A DNA stretch of 64,000 nt from an uncultured Gammaproteobacteria bacterium (lineage in GTDB: Bacteria; Pseudomonadota; Gammaproteobacteria; JAURND01): the NCBI GenBank assembly GCA_963714975.1, contig CAVQQD010000003.1, positions 160,001-224,000 of the forward strand. Reading direction: 5' to 3'. Below the pieces are notes generated by a model, which did no database searches, was not told where the DNA came from, and saw only the letters and a list, made by a program, of their open reading frames with translations. Shown here in pieces: positions 49,530 to 60,300 of this stretch (position 1 is its first letter; each line of letters opens with the position of its first letter). A program made the position numbers and the translations under genes.

Positions 49530-49869
49530 CTGGCGCCAATAAAACATATTCTTGTACTGGCTTGCCGCCAATTAAATGCTGTTGGATAATTTTTTCTAGC
49601 ACATCTGGAGAGCAGGAGTGGTACCAGACAGCATCCGGATAAACGACAGCAATAGGTCCTTGGGTGCAAATACGCAAGCAATCAGCTTTGGTGCGTAACA
49701 CCTGGGTGAGATTTAGCTCCTTTAAACGGTGTTTTAAATACTTCCAAGAGGCTAATCCTTCAGCATAACTACAGCATTTAGGTTTACTTTGGTCACAGCA
49801 CAGGAAAATGTGATGGGTCGCTTGTGACAGCTGAAGTTTGTTGACAATTTTATCTAAGGCAGTATCCAT
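49516..49869 (-). CDS. Thioredoxin-like [2Fe-2S] ferredoxin
   Basis: HIFLC, KCC, CLRIC..GP..VVYPD.VWY, HL.GG.PV. Confidence 0.88.
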
Positions 49870-49885
49870 ACGCTTTATCCATAGG

Positions 49886-50518
49886 TTACCCTGTCCAACC
49901 AGGGAAAATGTCTTTAAGTCCTCTCGTGATCATGCTCATGGCAATTGAAGCTAGCACGAGCCCCATGATTCGAGTAATGATGTTTATGCCAGTGACACCA
50001 ATTATTTTGCCGATGCGGGTTGAGAAAATCAGGACCACTCCTAAGATGAATGCAATTAATAATACACCGAGAGAAATGTAAATTTTATTAATTATGTCAG
50101 GGAATTCATTGCTAAAGATAATAATGTTGGTCATTGCGCCAGGACCCGCTATAATCGGGATTCCTAATGGGACAATGGCAATAGAATCTTTTACTGGAGT
50201 TTGGTGCAGCTCCTGGGCAGTCTGGGATGTCGGTGTTTGTTTATCATGGAGCATTTGTAAGCCGCGTAATAAGATAATTAGGCCGCCGGTGATTTGAAAC
50301 GCAGGTAAAGAAATACCAAATACTTCCAGAATAGGAATGCCAGTCCAGGTGATGACGAAAAGTACGGTGAAGATGGTCAAGGTCGCAACCAGGGCAATGT
50401 GTCTTCGTTCCACTTCTGTTTTAGTTGCCGTCATCCCTAAGAATACCGCTAGGCTACCGGGCGGATTGGTGATGGCTAACATGGAAATTAAAAAGCTTAA
50501 AAATTGGCTCCAATGCAT
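49886..50518 (-). CDS. MarC family membrane protein
   Basis: [31 protein letters not shown]. Confidence 0.92.
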   Translation of the reverse strand: MHWSQFLSFLISMLAITNPPGSLAVFLGMTATKTEVERRHIALVATLTIFTVLFVITWTGIPILEVFGISLPAFQITGGLIILLRGLQMLHDKQTPTSQTAQELHQTPVKDSIAIVPLGIPIIAGPGAMTNIIIFSNEFPDIINKIYISLGVLLIAFILGVVLIFSTRIGKIIGVTGINIITRIMGLVLASIAMSMITRGLKDIFPGWTG

Positions 50519-50587
50519 AGAAGTATCACAAAGTAGTAGGGAAGAGCTATATAATGGCTTAAAAATTCAAATTTAGCTATAGTTTTT

Positions 50588-51172
50588 ATGAAAATTTATC
50601 TAGTTAGGCATGGTGATGCAGTGTCCAGTAATCTTAGTCCCCTCCGCCCTTTGAGCGCGATTGGGCAGCAACAGGTACTGGCATTGGCAGAACACTTACG
50701 GCAAAAACAAGCAGCAATTGCGACGATATTTCACAGTGGCATTTTGCGAGCGCAACAAACAGCCGAGCTATTGGCACGGACTTTGGATGTTGCTGCTGTG
50801 GAAAAATTACCGGGTTTAGAGCCAGAGGATGCGGTGGAAATCCTGCTAGCCTTCCTCGATACTTGGTCAGAGCCGGTCTTGCTGGTGGGCCACTTACCCT
50901 ATTTGCCCCAACTAATTGCTACTTTGACTGGCGATTTGATCCAGTTAGAGACTGCGGGCTGTGCTTGTCTGCACAAAAAGGCAGCAATTCCCGCTGAAGA
51001 CTTGCGGGAATTGCTTTCTGATAATAATGCTGCGCAAAAACCAAGTTTTTGCTTGCAGTCAGGGGGAAGAATCCCGATTCTCCCCCCTGACAACCCCTCA
51101 TCGGGTTGTTCAGAGGGAACCGCTGACAAAAAGGTAAATACTCAATGGCAACTTGCTTGGATCTATCCTTAA
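50588..51172 (+). CDS. sixA: Phosphohistidine phosphatase SixA with a 51-codon in-frame insertion
   Basis: YLVRHGDA, RPLS..G, S...RAQQTA, LVGHLP, C-terminal W.L.W..P. Confidence 0.9.
   Translation: MKIYLVRHGDAVSSNLSPLRPLSAIGQQQVLALAEHLRQKQAAIATIFHSGILRAQQTAELLARTLDVAAVEKLPGLEPEDAVEILLAFLDTWSEPVLLVGHLPYLPQLIATLTGDLIQLETAGCACLHKKAAIPAEDLRELLSDNNAAQKPSFCLQSGGRIPILPPDNPSSGCSEGTADKKVNTQWQLAWIYP
50982..51125. mobile_element. 144-bp MITE inside sixA with 17-bp imperfect TIRs and a 9-bp target duplication
   Basis: cagcaattcccgctgaa / ttcagagggaaccgctg (14/17); acaaaaagg at 50973-50981 and 51126-51134. Confidence 0.85.
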
Positions 51173-51591
51173 ATAGCCTATCTGCCGTTTTAATTGGGCC
51201 ATCGCGTGCTTTTGCCGTGTTATTGTGGGGAATGTATTTGGGTGCAAGTCTTTGCCTAGGCTTATCGCAAATTGCTGTAGCATGGCAAGTGGTAGGATGG
51301 ATTGTTCTCAGTTTGGCTTTTTATCGTTATTTGTGTCGATACGCCTTATGTAGAAGTCCTTATTCTGTTGTGGGGATTCGTGCTGATGAGCATAAGCAAT
51401 GGTGGCTGCACACCACGCTAGGCCAGTGCGTTGCAGCGCGCTTGTTGGGAGATAGTTTTCTTTGTCGCTATTTTCTGGTACTGAATTTCAAATGTCATCG
51501 AAAATGGGGTATTGTTTCGGTAGTGCTATTTAAAGATGCCGTTGCTCCTCAGGCATTCCGACGATTGAAAGGCTATTTATCAACACTCTGA
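51145..51591 (+). CDS. YgfX/CptA-like membrane protein
   Basis: PSR + two TM segments + L.F......D......FRRL. Confidence 0.65.
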   Translation: MATCLDLSLNSLSAVLIGPSRAFAVLLWGMYLGASLCLGLSQIAVAWQVVGWIVLSLAFYRYLCRYALCRSPYSVVGIRADEHKQWWLHTTLGQCVAARLLGDSFLCRYFLVLNFKCHRKWGIVSVVLFKDAVAPQAFRRLKGYLSTL

Positions 51592-51598
51592 ATTAGCG

Positions 51599-53401
51599 AT
51601 GAACACACTGATCCGAAACTTTTCTATTATTGCCCACATCGACCATGGCAAGTCGACTTTAGCTGATCGGTTTATTCAGCGTTGTGGTGGTCTTTCAGAA
51701 CGTGAAATGAGTGAGCAAGTGCTAGATTCAATGGAAATTGAGCGCGAGCGCGGCATTACCATTAAGGCCCAAAGCGTCACCTTGCATTATTCCGCTCAAG
51801 ATGGTCATACTTACCAATTAAACTTTATTGACACCCCAGGTCACGTTGATTTCTCCTATGAAGTTTCTCGTTCACTGGCAGCCTGTGAAGGGGCTTTGCT
51901 AGTAGTCGATGCGGCGCAAGGAGTGGAAGCGCAGACGGTAGCCGTTTGCTATACCGCCATTGAGCAAGGCTTAGAAGTTCTGCCCGTGCTGAATAAAATT
52001 GATTTACCCCAGGCAGAGCCAGAGAAAGTCATCCAAGAAATTGAGGATATTATTGGCATTGAGGCGCATCATGCGGTGCGGATTAGCGCGAAAACAGGTT
52101 TCGGTATTGATACCCTGTTAGAACAGCTGATTGCCATAATTCCTCCTCCCGCCGGGGAAGAAAACGCACCTTTACAAGCTTTGATTATCGATTCTTGGTT
52201 TGATAGCTACTTAGGGGTAGTTTCCTTAGTGCGAGTCAAGCAGGGGGTGCTCAAGGCTGGGGAAAAAATGCTGGTCATGTCCACGGGTAAAAGTTACATT
52301 GTTGACCAAGTCGGCATTTTTACCCCGAAGCGACAAAGTACTGGGGTTTTGCAGGCAGGTGAAGTAGGCTACGTGGTGGCGGGCATCAAAGAAATTAATG
52401 GTGCTCCGGTGGGTGACACCTTAACTCATGCCGTGCAGGTGGCGCCAGACGCGTTGCCTGGGTTCCAAAAAGTTAAGCCCCAGGTCTATGCGGGGCTGTT
52501 TCCGATTAATGCCGATGATTACGAAGCGTTCCGCGAGGCATTATCTAAGTTGCGTCTCAATGATGCGGCGTTATTTTATGAACCAGAAACCTCAGAAGCC
52601 CTAGGTTTTGGATTCCGGTGCGGGTTTTTAGGCATGTTGCACATGGAAATTGTGCAAGAACGCTTGGAACGTGAGTATAATCTAGGCCTCATTACTACGG
52701 CCCCGACCGTGGTCTATGAGATCCTGACCCGTAGCGAAGAAGTTTTATATATTGACAATCCCGCGAAGCTACCTGCGCCGGCAGCGATTGAGGAAATGCG
52801 CGAGCCGATTGCAACGGCCAGTATTTTGATGCCGCAGGAATATCTGGGAAATGTGATTACTTTATGTGTTGAACGCCGAGGAGTGCAGCAAAATATGTTG
52901 TATGTAGGTCGTCAAGTTTCGTTGACCTATGAATTACCGATGAGTGAAATTGTATTAGATTTTTTCGATCGGTTAAAATCAGTGAGTCGTGGCTATGCTT
53001 CATTGGACTATTCATTTAAATGTTTTCGGTTTGCGCCCTTAGTCAAGTTGGACATCTTAATTAATGGCGAGAAAGTGGATGCCTTAGCCAGCATTGTGCA
53101 CCGTGATAAAGCGATGAGCCGGGGGCGCAGTCTGGTGGAGAAAATGCATGAGCTAATACCGCGGCAGATGTTTGATGTCGCCATCCAAGCAGCTTTAGGC
53201 GCACAGATTATTGCCAGGCAAACCGTGAAGGCGTTGCGGAAGAATGTGACGGCAAAATGCTATGGGGGCGATGTGAGTCGTAAACGTAAGCTATTAGAAA
53301 AACAAAAGGCAGGAAAAAAACGCATGAAACAAGTAGGAAAAGTAGAAATACCTCAAGAAGCTTTTCTTGCGGTCTTAAAAATAGATCAAAAGGATAACTA
53401 A
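51599..53401 (+). CDS. lepA: Elongation factor 4
   Basis: [26 protein letters not shown]. Confidence 0.98.
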   Translation: MNTLIRNFSIIAHIDHGKSTLADRFIQRCGGLSEREMSEQVLDSMEIERERGITIKAQSVTLHYSAQDGHTYQLNFIDTPGHVDFSYEVSRSLAACEGALLVVDAAQGVEAQTVAVCYTAIEQGLEVLPVLNKIDLPQAEPEKVIQEIEDIIGIEAHHAVRISAKTGFGIDTLLEQLIAIIPPPAGEENAPLQALIIDSWFDSYLGVVSLVRVKQGVLKAGEKMLVMSTGKSYIVDQVGIFTPKRQSTGVLQAGEVGYVVAGIKEINGAPVGDTLTHAVQVAPDALPGFQKVKPQVYAGLFPINADDYEAFREALSKLRLNDAALFYEPETSEALGFGFRCGFLGMLHMEIVQERLEREYNLGLITTAPTVVYEILTRSEEVLYIDNPAKLPAPAAIEEMREPIATASILMPQEYLGNVITLCVERRGVQQNMLYVGRQVSLTYELPMSEIVLDFFDRLKSVSRGYASLDYSFKCFRFAPLVKLDILINGEKVDALASIVHRDKAMSRGRSLVEKMHELIPRQMFDVAIQAALGAQIIARQTVKALRKNVTAKCYGGDVSRKRKLLEKQKAGKKRMKQVGKVEIPQEAFLAVLKIDQKDN

Positions 53402-53402
53402 C

Positions 53403-54362
53403 ATGATTATTACCAGTGACTATCTATGGATATTGGCTTTGGCAGTTTTTTTGACACTGTTTGCTTGGGCCTTGGACTTACCAGGCATCGTTAATCGTGT
53501 GGGGCCGAGTGGTTTTAAGCGCATCCGAAACTTGGCCATTGGGCTCTTGGTCATCTTAATTATTTGGCTTTGCATCTTAAATTTCCCAGTGACCTTAACT
53601 GCTTTAGTGGTGGGTACGGGATTAATTATTTTGTTGGACTTGGCTTTTTTTCGGCGCAAGCGTTTGCTAGTTGCCCAGGCGCAACCATTCATTGTGGAAA
53701 ATGCCCGATCATTTTTTGGAGTGTTGTTATTGGTGTGGGTAATCCGTTCTTTTGTGATTCAACCCTATCGCGTTCCTACTGGGTCGCTGCAGCCGACCGT
53801 ACAGCCTGGTGATTTTTTAGTGGTCAATCAATATGCTTATGGTCTGCGTTTTCCGGTGGGTAATATATCGATCATTCCCATAGGCAAACCAAAACGCGGA
53901 GATATTGCCTTATTTTATGCACCCCCGGATCCTTCCTTAGTCTTTGTGAAGCGCGTGATTGGGTTACCTGGAGATCATGTGGTTTCACGTGACAAAGTAC
54001 TTTATATCAATGACAAGGAAATGACGCAGATTAGCTTGGATTCTTCGGTTGACGATGAGCCAGCGGTAGGAGGGATGCTGGAACAACATATTCCCGTAGA
54101 AGTAAAAGAAGAAGATTTAGAGGGAGTGAAACATCGCATTTTTATTAATCTGGGGGCCCGTTCGAGTGATGATTTTGATGTGGTAGTTCCACCAGGAAAT
54201 TATTTTATGATGGGGGATAATCGCGATAATAGCGATGACAGTCGAGTCTGGGGTTTTGTTCCAGAACATAATCTGATTGGTAAAGCTTTTGGGATTTGGA
54301 TGAGCTGGGATGCTATCCATCATCATGTTCGTTGGGATCGCATTGGTATGGCGGTAAATTGA
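53403..54362 (+). CDS. lepB: Signal peptidase I with an extended N-terminal membrane region
   Basis: RSF..QPY.VP.GS..P, VKRVIGLPGD, MGDNRDNS.DSR.WG. Confidence 0.95.
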   Translation: MIITSDYLWILALAVFLTLFAWALDLPGIVNRVGPSGFKRIRNLAIGLLVILIIWLCILNFPVTLTALVVGTGLIILLDLAFFRRKRLLVAQAQPFIVENARSFFGVLLLVWVIRSFVIQPYRVPTGSLQPTVQPGDFLVVNQYAYGLRFPVGNISIIPIGKPKRGDIALFYAPPDPSLVFVKRVIGLPGDHVVSRDKVLYINDKEMTQISLDSSVDDEPAVGGMLEQHIPVEVKEEDLEGVKHRIFINLGARSSDDFDVVVPPGNYFMMGDNRDNSDDSRVWGFVPEHNLIGKAFGIWMSWDAIHHHVRWDRIGMAVN

Positions 54363-54409
54363 TTGTTTAGACTCAATCCCCATTGCTAAGGTAAGTTATA
54401 AAGTACATT

Positions 54410-55090
54410 ATGAGAAAATCATTAGATGACTTAAGTGAAAAATTAGGTTATAGGTTTAAAGATAAATCGTTATTAGAAATAGCGCTTACTCATCGTAGCC
54501 GAGCTGCTCTCAACAATGAGCGGTTCGAGTTTTTAGGCGATGCGATTTTAAATTTTTTTATTGCGGACCACTTATTTCAGCAATATCCTCAGTTGACGGA
54601 AGGAGGCTTGAGTCGCTCACGTGCTAATTTGGTAAACGGTGATATGTTGGCGGAATTGGCAAAGGAATTGGGTATTAGTGATTATTTGCGCTTAGGAGTG
54701 GGTGAGCTTAAGAGCGGGGGTGTGGAGCGCAAATCTATTTTAGCGAATGTGATGGAAGCCATTATTGGGGCTATTTATTTAGATGGCGGTGGCCAAGTAT
54801 GTCAAGAATGCATTCTCACTTGGTTTATTAGCCGTCTAGAAATGCTAGATTCACAAGGAGTGAAAAAAGACCCCAAAACTCGGTTGCAAGAATATCTACA
54901 AGCACGAAAAATGTCTTTGCCACAGTATATTGTGTTAGCAGTCAAAGGCAGCGAGCATGATCAAAAATTTTGTATAGAATGTCGGATTTCTGGAATTACT
55001 GAGATTGCACAAGGCTATGGAACCAGCCGGCGTCGTGCTGAGCAAGATGCGGCCGACAATTTTTTAAAATTGCTAGGCACTGATTTATGA
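54410..55090 (+). CDS. rnc: Ribonuclease III
   Basis: ALTHRS, NERFEFLGDA, dsRBD DPKTRLQE. Confidence 0.97.
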   Translation: MRKSLDDLSEKLGYRFKDKSLLEIALTHRSRAALNNERFEFLGDAILNFFIADHLFQQYPQLTEGGLSRSRANLVNGDMLAELAKELGISDYLRLGVGELKSGGVERKSILANVMEAIIGAIYLDGGGQVCQECILTWFISRLEMLDSQGVKKDPKTRLQEYLQARKMSLPQYIVLAVKGSEHDQKFCIECRISGITEIAQGYGTSRRRAEQDAADNFLKLLGTDL

Positions 55091-56055
55091 ACCATTCACC
55101 CGTTGACCCCCCCATCATCCCGGCAGATCCCCCCGTCGTCCCGGCAGGAAGCCGGGATCGCAGGGATGCAAAGTTTCATTGTGGCTTCATCTCAATCTTA
55201 GGGCGACCCAACGTGGGTAAATCGACTTTGCTGAATCAGTTACTCGGTCAGAAATTGAGCATTACCTCCCGAAAACCCCAAACCACTCGGCATCGTCTTT
55301 TCGGCATTAAAACCACTGATAAAGCACAAATTATTTATGTGGATACTCCTGGACTACACAAGGAAACCAAACATGCATTAAACCGCTACATGATGCGCTC
55401 AGCAGTTAGTGCAATTGCCGATGTGGATCTTATTTTGTTTGTGGTCGAAGCCTTACGTTGGAATGAAGATGACCAGTGGGCGTTGAAAAAAATCACGCGG
55501 GTTGAGTGTCCGGTGGTTTTGGTCATCAACAAAGTAGATAAGGTAGCGGATAAACAGAAATTATTACCTTGGATGGATTTGTTGAATCAGAAAAGGACTT
55601 TTGCCGCGATTGTCCCGCTATCAGCAAAAAAGCCTGATGAGGTAGCCGCACTGGAAACAATGTTAGTCCAATATTTACCCAAAGGCCCGCTGTTATTTCC
55701 TGCCGATCAAATTTCTGATCGCAGTGAACGGTTTTTTGCTGCAGAAATTATTCGTGAAAAATTAACCCGTTGTTTAGGTCAGGAATTGCCCTATGCTTTA
55801 ACCGTAGAGATTGAGGAATATAAGCTAGAGAAGGAGTTGCTGCGCATTTCGGCCACTATTTATGTGGAAAAATCCAGTCAAAAACGCATTGTAGTGGGCA
55901 CGGGTGGTGAGGTATTAAAGCGTGTGGGGCGAGCAGCGCGTTTAGATATGCAGAAAATGTTTGCTCATAAAGTTTTTCTGCAATTATGGGTTAAGGTCAA
56001 GGACGGCTGGTCAGATGATGAAAAAAGCCTACAAAACTTAGGATATTCTCAGTAA
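55087..56055 (+). CDS. era: GTPase Era with a repeat-derived N-terminal extension
   Basis: GRPNVGKS, DTPG, NKVD and KH domain; rnc-era-recO order with ATGA overlap. Confidence 0.97.
   Translation: MNHSPVDPPIIPADPPVVPAGSRDRRDAKFHCGFISILGRPNVGKSTLLNQLLGQKLSITSRKPQTTRHRLFGIKTTDKAQIIYVDTPGLHKETKHALNRYMMRSAVSAIADVDLILFVVEALRWNEDDQWALKKITRVECPVVLVINKVDKVADKQKLLPWMDLLNQKRTFAAIVPLSAKKPDEVAALETMLVQYLPKGPLLFPADQISDRSERFFAAEIIREKLTRCLGQELPYALTVEIEEYKLEKELLRISATIYVEKSSQKRIVVGTGGEVLKRVGRAARLDMQKMFAHKVFLQLWVKVKDGWSDDEKSLQNLGYSQ
55105..55178 (+). repeat. CGTC-type element plus 21-bp tandem duplication inside the era 5' end
   Basis: gacccccccatcatcccggca / gatccccccgtcgtcccggca followed by ggaagccgggatcgcagggatgcaaagtttca. 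Confidence 0.85.
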
Positions 56056-56723
56056 TGAGAGTGGCGTTACAACCCGCTTTTGTTTTACATAGCCGAGCAT
56101 TTCGTGAGACAAGTTTTCTTTTGGAATTATTCACTGAATCACATGGCCGCATCGGTGTTTTAGCCCGAGGAGCACGTTCACGCTTTCGCGGATTATCCCG
56201 GCCCTTTGTCCCGTTGTTAGCCAGTTGGTCTGGTAAAACGGAATTAATGAATTTACAGACCTTAGAAGCTACCGCACCGCCTTTTTATTTGATGGGAATG
56301 GGATTGCTCAGTGGTTTGTATCTTAACGAATTGTTGGTGCGGTTGCTGCCTCAATTAGATGCGGTGGCGAATTTATTTGCTCTTTATCAACAAACCCTGC
56401 AAGCCATGCAACAAGAGTTTAAGCAGCGCTATTTACGCTTGTTTGAAAAAGCCTTGTTAGCAGAATTAGGCTATGGATTAAGCTTTGCGGCGATAGAGGA
56501 GCATGAGCAGTATTGTTTTCTTCCCCAACAGGGCTTTATTAAAAATGCTGCCTCCGCTGACGCATTAACCTTCAGTGGCCGCAGCTTACTGGCTTTTCAT
56601 CACGATACCTTGACTACTGCCGAAGACTTGCGCACTGCAAAACAAATAACGCGCCTTGCCTTAGCCCCGTTGCTAGGAAATAAGCCGCTGATGAGTCGAG
56701 AAATCTTGAAGCCCCTCTCCTAA
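56055..56723 (+). CDS. recO: DNA repair protein RecO
   Basis: AFVLHSR.FRETS, GLYLNELL, LR.FE..LL.ELGYG, PL.SR. Confidence 0.95.
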   Translation: MRVALQPAFVLHSRAFRETSFLLELFTESHGRIGVLARGARSRFRGLSRPFVPLLASWSGKTELMNLQTLEATAPPFYLMGMGLLSGLYLNELLVRLLPQLDAVANLFALYQQTLQAMQQEFKQRYLRLFEKALLAELGYGLSFAAIEEHEQYCFLPQQGFIKNAASADALTFSGRSLLAFHHDTLTTAEDLRTAKQITRLALAPLLGNKPLMSREILKPLS

Positions 56724-56727
56724 GGCT

Positions 56728-56798
56728 CGTTGTCCCGGCATGGATGCCGGGATCCACGGTGCAGGAAGCGAATCTTTCACATCCTTGTGAACTGGATC
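56728..56798. repeat. CGTC-type element, right arm truncated, just after the recO stop
   Basis: cgttgtcccggcatggatgccgggatccac...tttcacatccttgtgaactggatc. Confidence 0.85.
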
Positions 56799-56975
56799 GC
56801 CGTGAAACTAAGCCCCAATAGGCCAAGAGTATACTGTGCGAATGAAAATAAAAAAAGCCTATCGCCTCCATTTATGGAGGCGAGGATGTCAAGACACAAT
56901 CATATATACCTGGTTTTTAATCAAGGGGGTAGTTTACAACGCCCTCAAAAGCAGGGCCGGCTGGAGAGAATTGAG

Positions 56976-57086
56976 ATTATTATTGATCGTGAACACCGAT
57001 TATTATCCACGGGGTAAAAGTGTTCACGATGGATAATAATTGATGTCCACGATCAATAATTTTGGGTGTTCACGATGGGTAATAAT
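56976..57086. repeat. Three 23-bp-period direct repeats plus one inverted copy
   Basis: (g/a)tgt(t/c)cacgat...aataat at 57020, 57043 and 57066; inverted attattgatcgtgaacac ending at 56996. Confidence 0.75.
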
Positions 57087-57136
57087 ACGCATCGTTCGAG
57101 AACTTGATGAAAATTTGATAACAGTGTGTTAGGTTA

Positions 57137-57280
57137 GAGCCTGTTTAAAAGCCGCTAGGCTGCGGCAGAAATCGTTGATTTTTGAGCACTGTAGCGCAGT
57201 TTACGTGGTTTGTAAATGAGCAGCGGAGCATAGGAAATCAACGGGGTATGCCTAGCATCGGTAGGATTTTAAACAGACTC
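57137..57280. mobile_element. 144-bp palindromic MITE with IS5-like ends and TTA duplication
   Basis: tta|gagcctgtttaaaa ... ttttaaacagactc|tta; symmetric interior. Confidence 0.8.
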
Positions 57281-57351
57281 TTAGATCTATGTCATGGACA
57301 GATGCTGGTTAGGGTTGAGGAAGTGAAGGTTAGTTAATAAAAAAGAGGAGT

Positions 57352-60300
57352 TTGCCTATGTTAGAACCAATAAAAGAAAAAAAGAATGAGTCAAGCGAAG
57401 CCCCCGAATTACCAAATCCAAATAATCTCTCCTTTGCATCTGAGGAAGGAGTGCAAGTACTAAGAAAAATTCTGCTAGACCTCGAGCTTTTAAAAACAGC
57501 AAGCGAGGGAGAAAATCCAAAGGCCCGCGAGGTACATGCTTTATACAAGCGCGCGATGGGGATTGGTGACCCAGAGGCGCAAAATATAATAGCCAGCTAT
57601 TATTTAGACTATAAAAACTGGAAGGATATCGCAGGTATAGAGACGATAGTAAAAGATGAAAAAATAGCGCTCTTCTTCTATCAGAGTGCAGCTGAGCAAG
57701 GATTGCCTGCTGCTGCCAGGTTAGGTAGTTGTTATCTCAATGGTCTTTCAAAAAATTTAAAAGAAGCAATAAAATGGTTCTCTCTGGCAGCTGAAGCGGG
57801 AGATCCCTCTTCCCTCTGGGAGTTAGCTACGTTAGCGAAGGATGGTCAGAAAGCCGCCCAAGATAGTTTGGACCGTATGGTATTAAAAATAGGAAAAGAT
57901 CCCAAGTTTCAAAAGGCTCAATATAATTTAGGCTGTTGTTACTTGGATGGCTGTGGCTCTATTCAAAAAGATTTAGACAAAGCAATACAATACTTTTTTC
58001 AAGCAATTCAAAATAGCCATAAGCTCGACTCCGCTAGCTTAAAGAAGTTGCTTGACTTAGAGAAATTAGATGACCCCAAAAACACGTTTAAATCTGCGGT
58101 ATTACCTCTATTAGAGTTAGCTCAAAACAAAGGGGCACTCCCAGATTCTCAAAACGCTGAGATCCAAAAGACTGTTAATTCTGCCCTAGAAAAACTGCGA
58201 GCATCACAAAAAGAACGAAAGGAGTCGAAAGGATTACTAGATTCAAAGGATTCCCCTCTTGCTGAGGTAAAAGCGCAAGCAACAGAGCAAGAAAAACACG
58301 TAATGGCGAAAATTCTCAAAGACCGTGAGACTTTAAAACTCGACAGTCATCCAGATGCTGGCGACTTATGTAGCTTATACCAGATCGCATTAACAGGTAA
58401 TAACCCAGAGGCACAAAATAAACTGGCCGACTGTTATTACCTTGGAGATCATTGGTATTTCTCTAGACAATCATCCATGGATAAATTTATAAGTCCAGAA
58501 GCAGATAAAGCGTTCTGCCTCTATAAGAAGGCGGCTGAGCAATTATCCGCGCCTTCTACGTCTGCCATGGAGATGTTAGCTATTTGTTATCTCAAAGGCT
58601 CTGGGGTTGCAAAAAATATAAAAGAAGCAATAAAATGGTTCCGTCAAGCAGCTATAGGTGGAAAACTCATTTCCCTCGAGGAGTTGGCTAGGTTAGCAGC
58701 GAATAAGGAGGATCTGTCAGTTGCAGATTGGGCAGCCCATGGTTTGAGGGATATGGAATCAAAGGTAGAAAGGGATCCACAGAATTTTCCAGAGGCTCAA
58801 TATAATTTAGCCCGTTGTTACTTGGATGGCTGTGGCTCTATTCAAAAAGATTTAGGCAAAGCAATACAATACTTCTCTCAAGCAATTAAACATGGCCATA
58901 AGCTCGACTCCGCTAGCTTAGAGAAGTTGGTTAACTCCCAAAACAAGCTTTACCAGCCTGCCCTATTATCTCTATTCAGGTTAGCTAATGAGAAGCAGGC
59001 TCTCCCAGATTCTTTCAACCAGGTTGTGAAGTCAGCCCAAAAGAAAATAGGCCTACAAGCAAAATTAGGTCCAGAGCAAAAAAAGAACCCCACTCTCACT
59101 CTAGGCGGGAGCACTGCAAGTATCAAGGAGACTCTAGCCACAAGCAAACCGTTTGGCACATCAGCGCAAGCACCAGGACAAGAAAAAGTAATGGAGGGAA
59201 TTCTCAAAGACGTCAATGCTTTAAAAATAAAAAAGCTCAGCCAAGATCCAGATCAAGATATCAGCCACTTATATATCTTATACCATCGTGCATTAGAAAT
59301 TAAGAACCCAGAAGCACAAAATAACATGGCTGACTGTTATTTCTATGGAGATAAGTGGTATTTCGGTAGACAATCAGGCACGGATAAATTCATAAGCAAA
59401 GATGCAGGTAAAGCGTTCTGCTTCTATAAGATGGCGGCTTTGCAAAAATACGTGCCTGCCATGGATAGTTTAGCTACTTGTTATCTCAATGGTCTTGGGG
59501 TTCCACCAGATTTAGACGAAGCAAGAGAATGGTACTATCAAGCAGCTGAAGGGGGAAACCTCCGTTCCCTCATGGAGTTGGCTAGGTTAGCGAGGACGTC
59601 GCTAGACGCCCAAGCTAATTTAGAGCAAATCGTCTCGGAAGTAGGAAAGGATCCACAGAAGCTTTATAATTTAGGCTATTGTTACTTGGAAGGCTGTGGC
59701 TCTATTCCAAGAAAATTAGACAAGGCAATAGTATACCTTTCTCAAGCAATTCAGAATGGACATAAGCTTGGTCCCGAGTGTTTTAAGAGGTTAATTTCAG
59801 TTAACCCTGACAACACGTCTGACTCATTTGCGCTATCATCTCTATTAGATTTAGCTTATAAGAAGGGTGCTTTACTATTTTCTTCCCGGGGTGCAGCCCT
59901 AAAGAAAATATCAGAACTAAAAGCAAAATTAGCAGATCAAAAAAAGAACCCCTCCCTTTCTGACGGGAGCACTGCTTCTTCTTCCTCTTCTTCTGTTTCC
60001 TCACTTGCGCCTTTTTTGCCCCGACCACCTTCCAGTAGTAGTCCATCATTGAGCAGTTCCCCATCTGATTCTACTAGCATGACACTTCAGATGCTTTCTA
60101 GAAAGCACAAGGATGTAAAAACAGATAAACTAAAAAAAATGATCGCTGTTAAAGACATGCTGACCGGCCTGCCTTTGAATACGGAAAATGTGATGCAGGC
60201 TAAATTAGAATACGCTCATCGTTGCTTAGAAGGCGAAAAAGCCAGTAAAAAAGGGGCTCCCAAAAATGAAACAGTGGCAATGAGCTTATACCGCGAGGTA

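Noticed and set aside
56614-57036. Short ORFs after recO
   Set aside because: They overlap the palindromic element and repeats and have no recognisable motifs
56976-57086. CRISPR array
   Set aside because: The 23-bp period leaves no room for unique spacers, repeats are degenerate, and no cas genes are present
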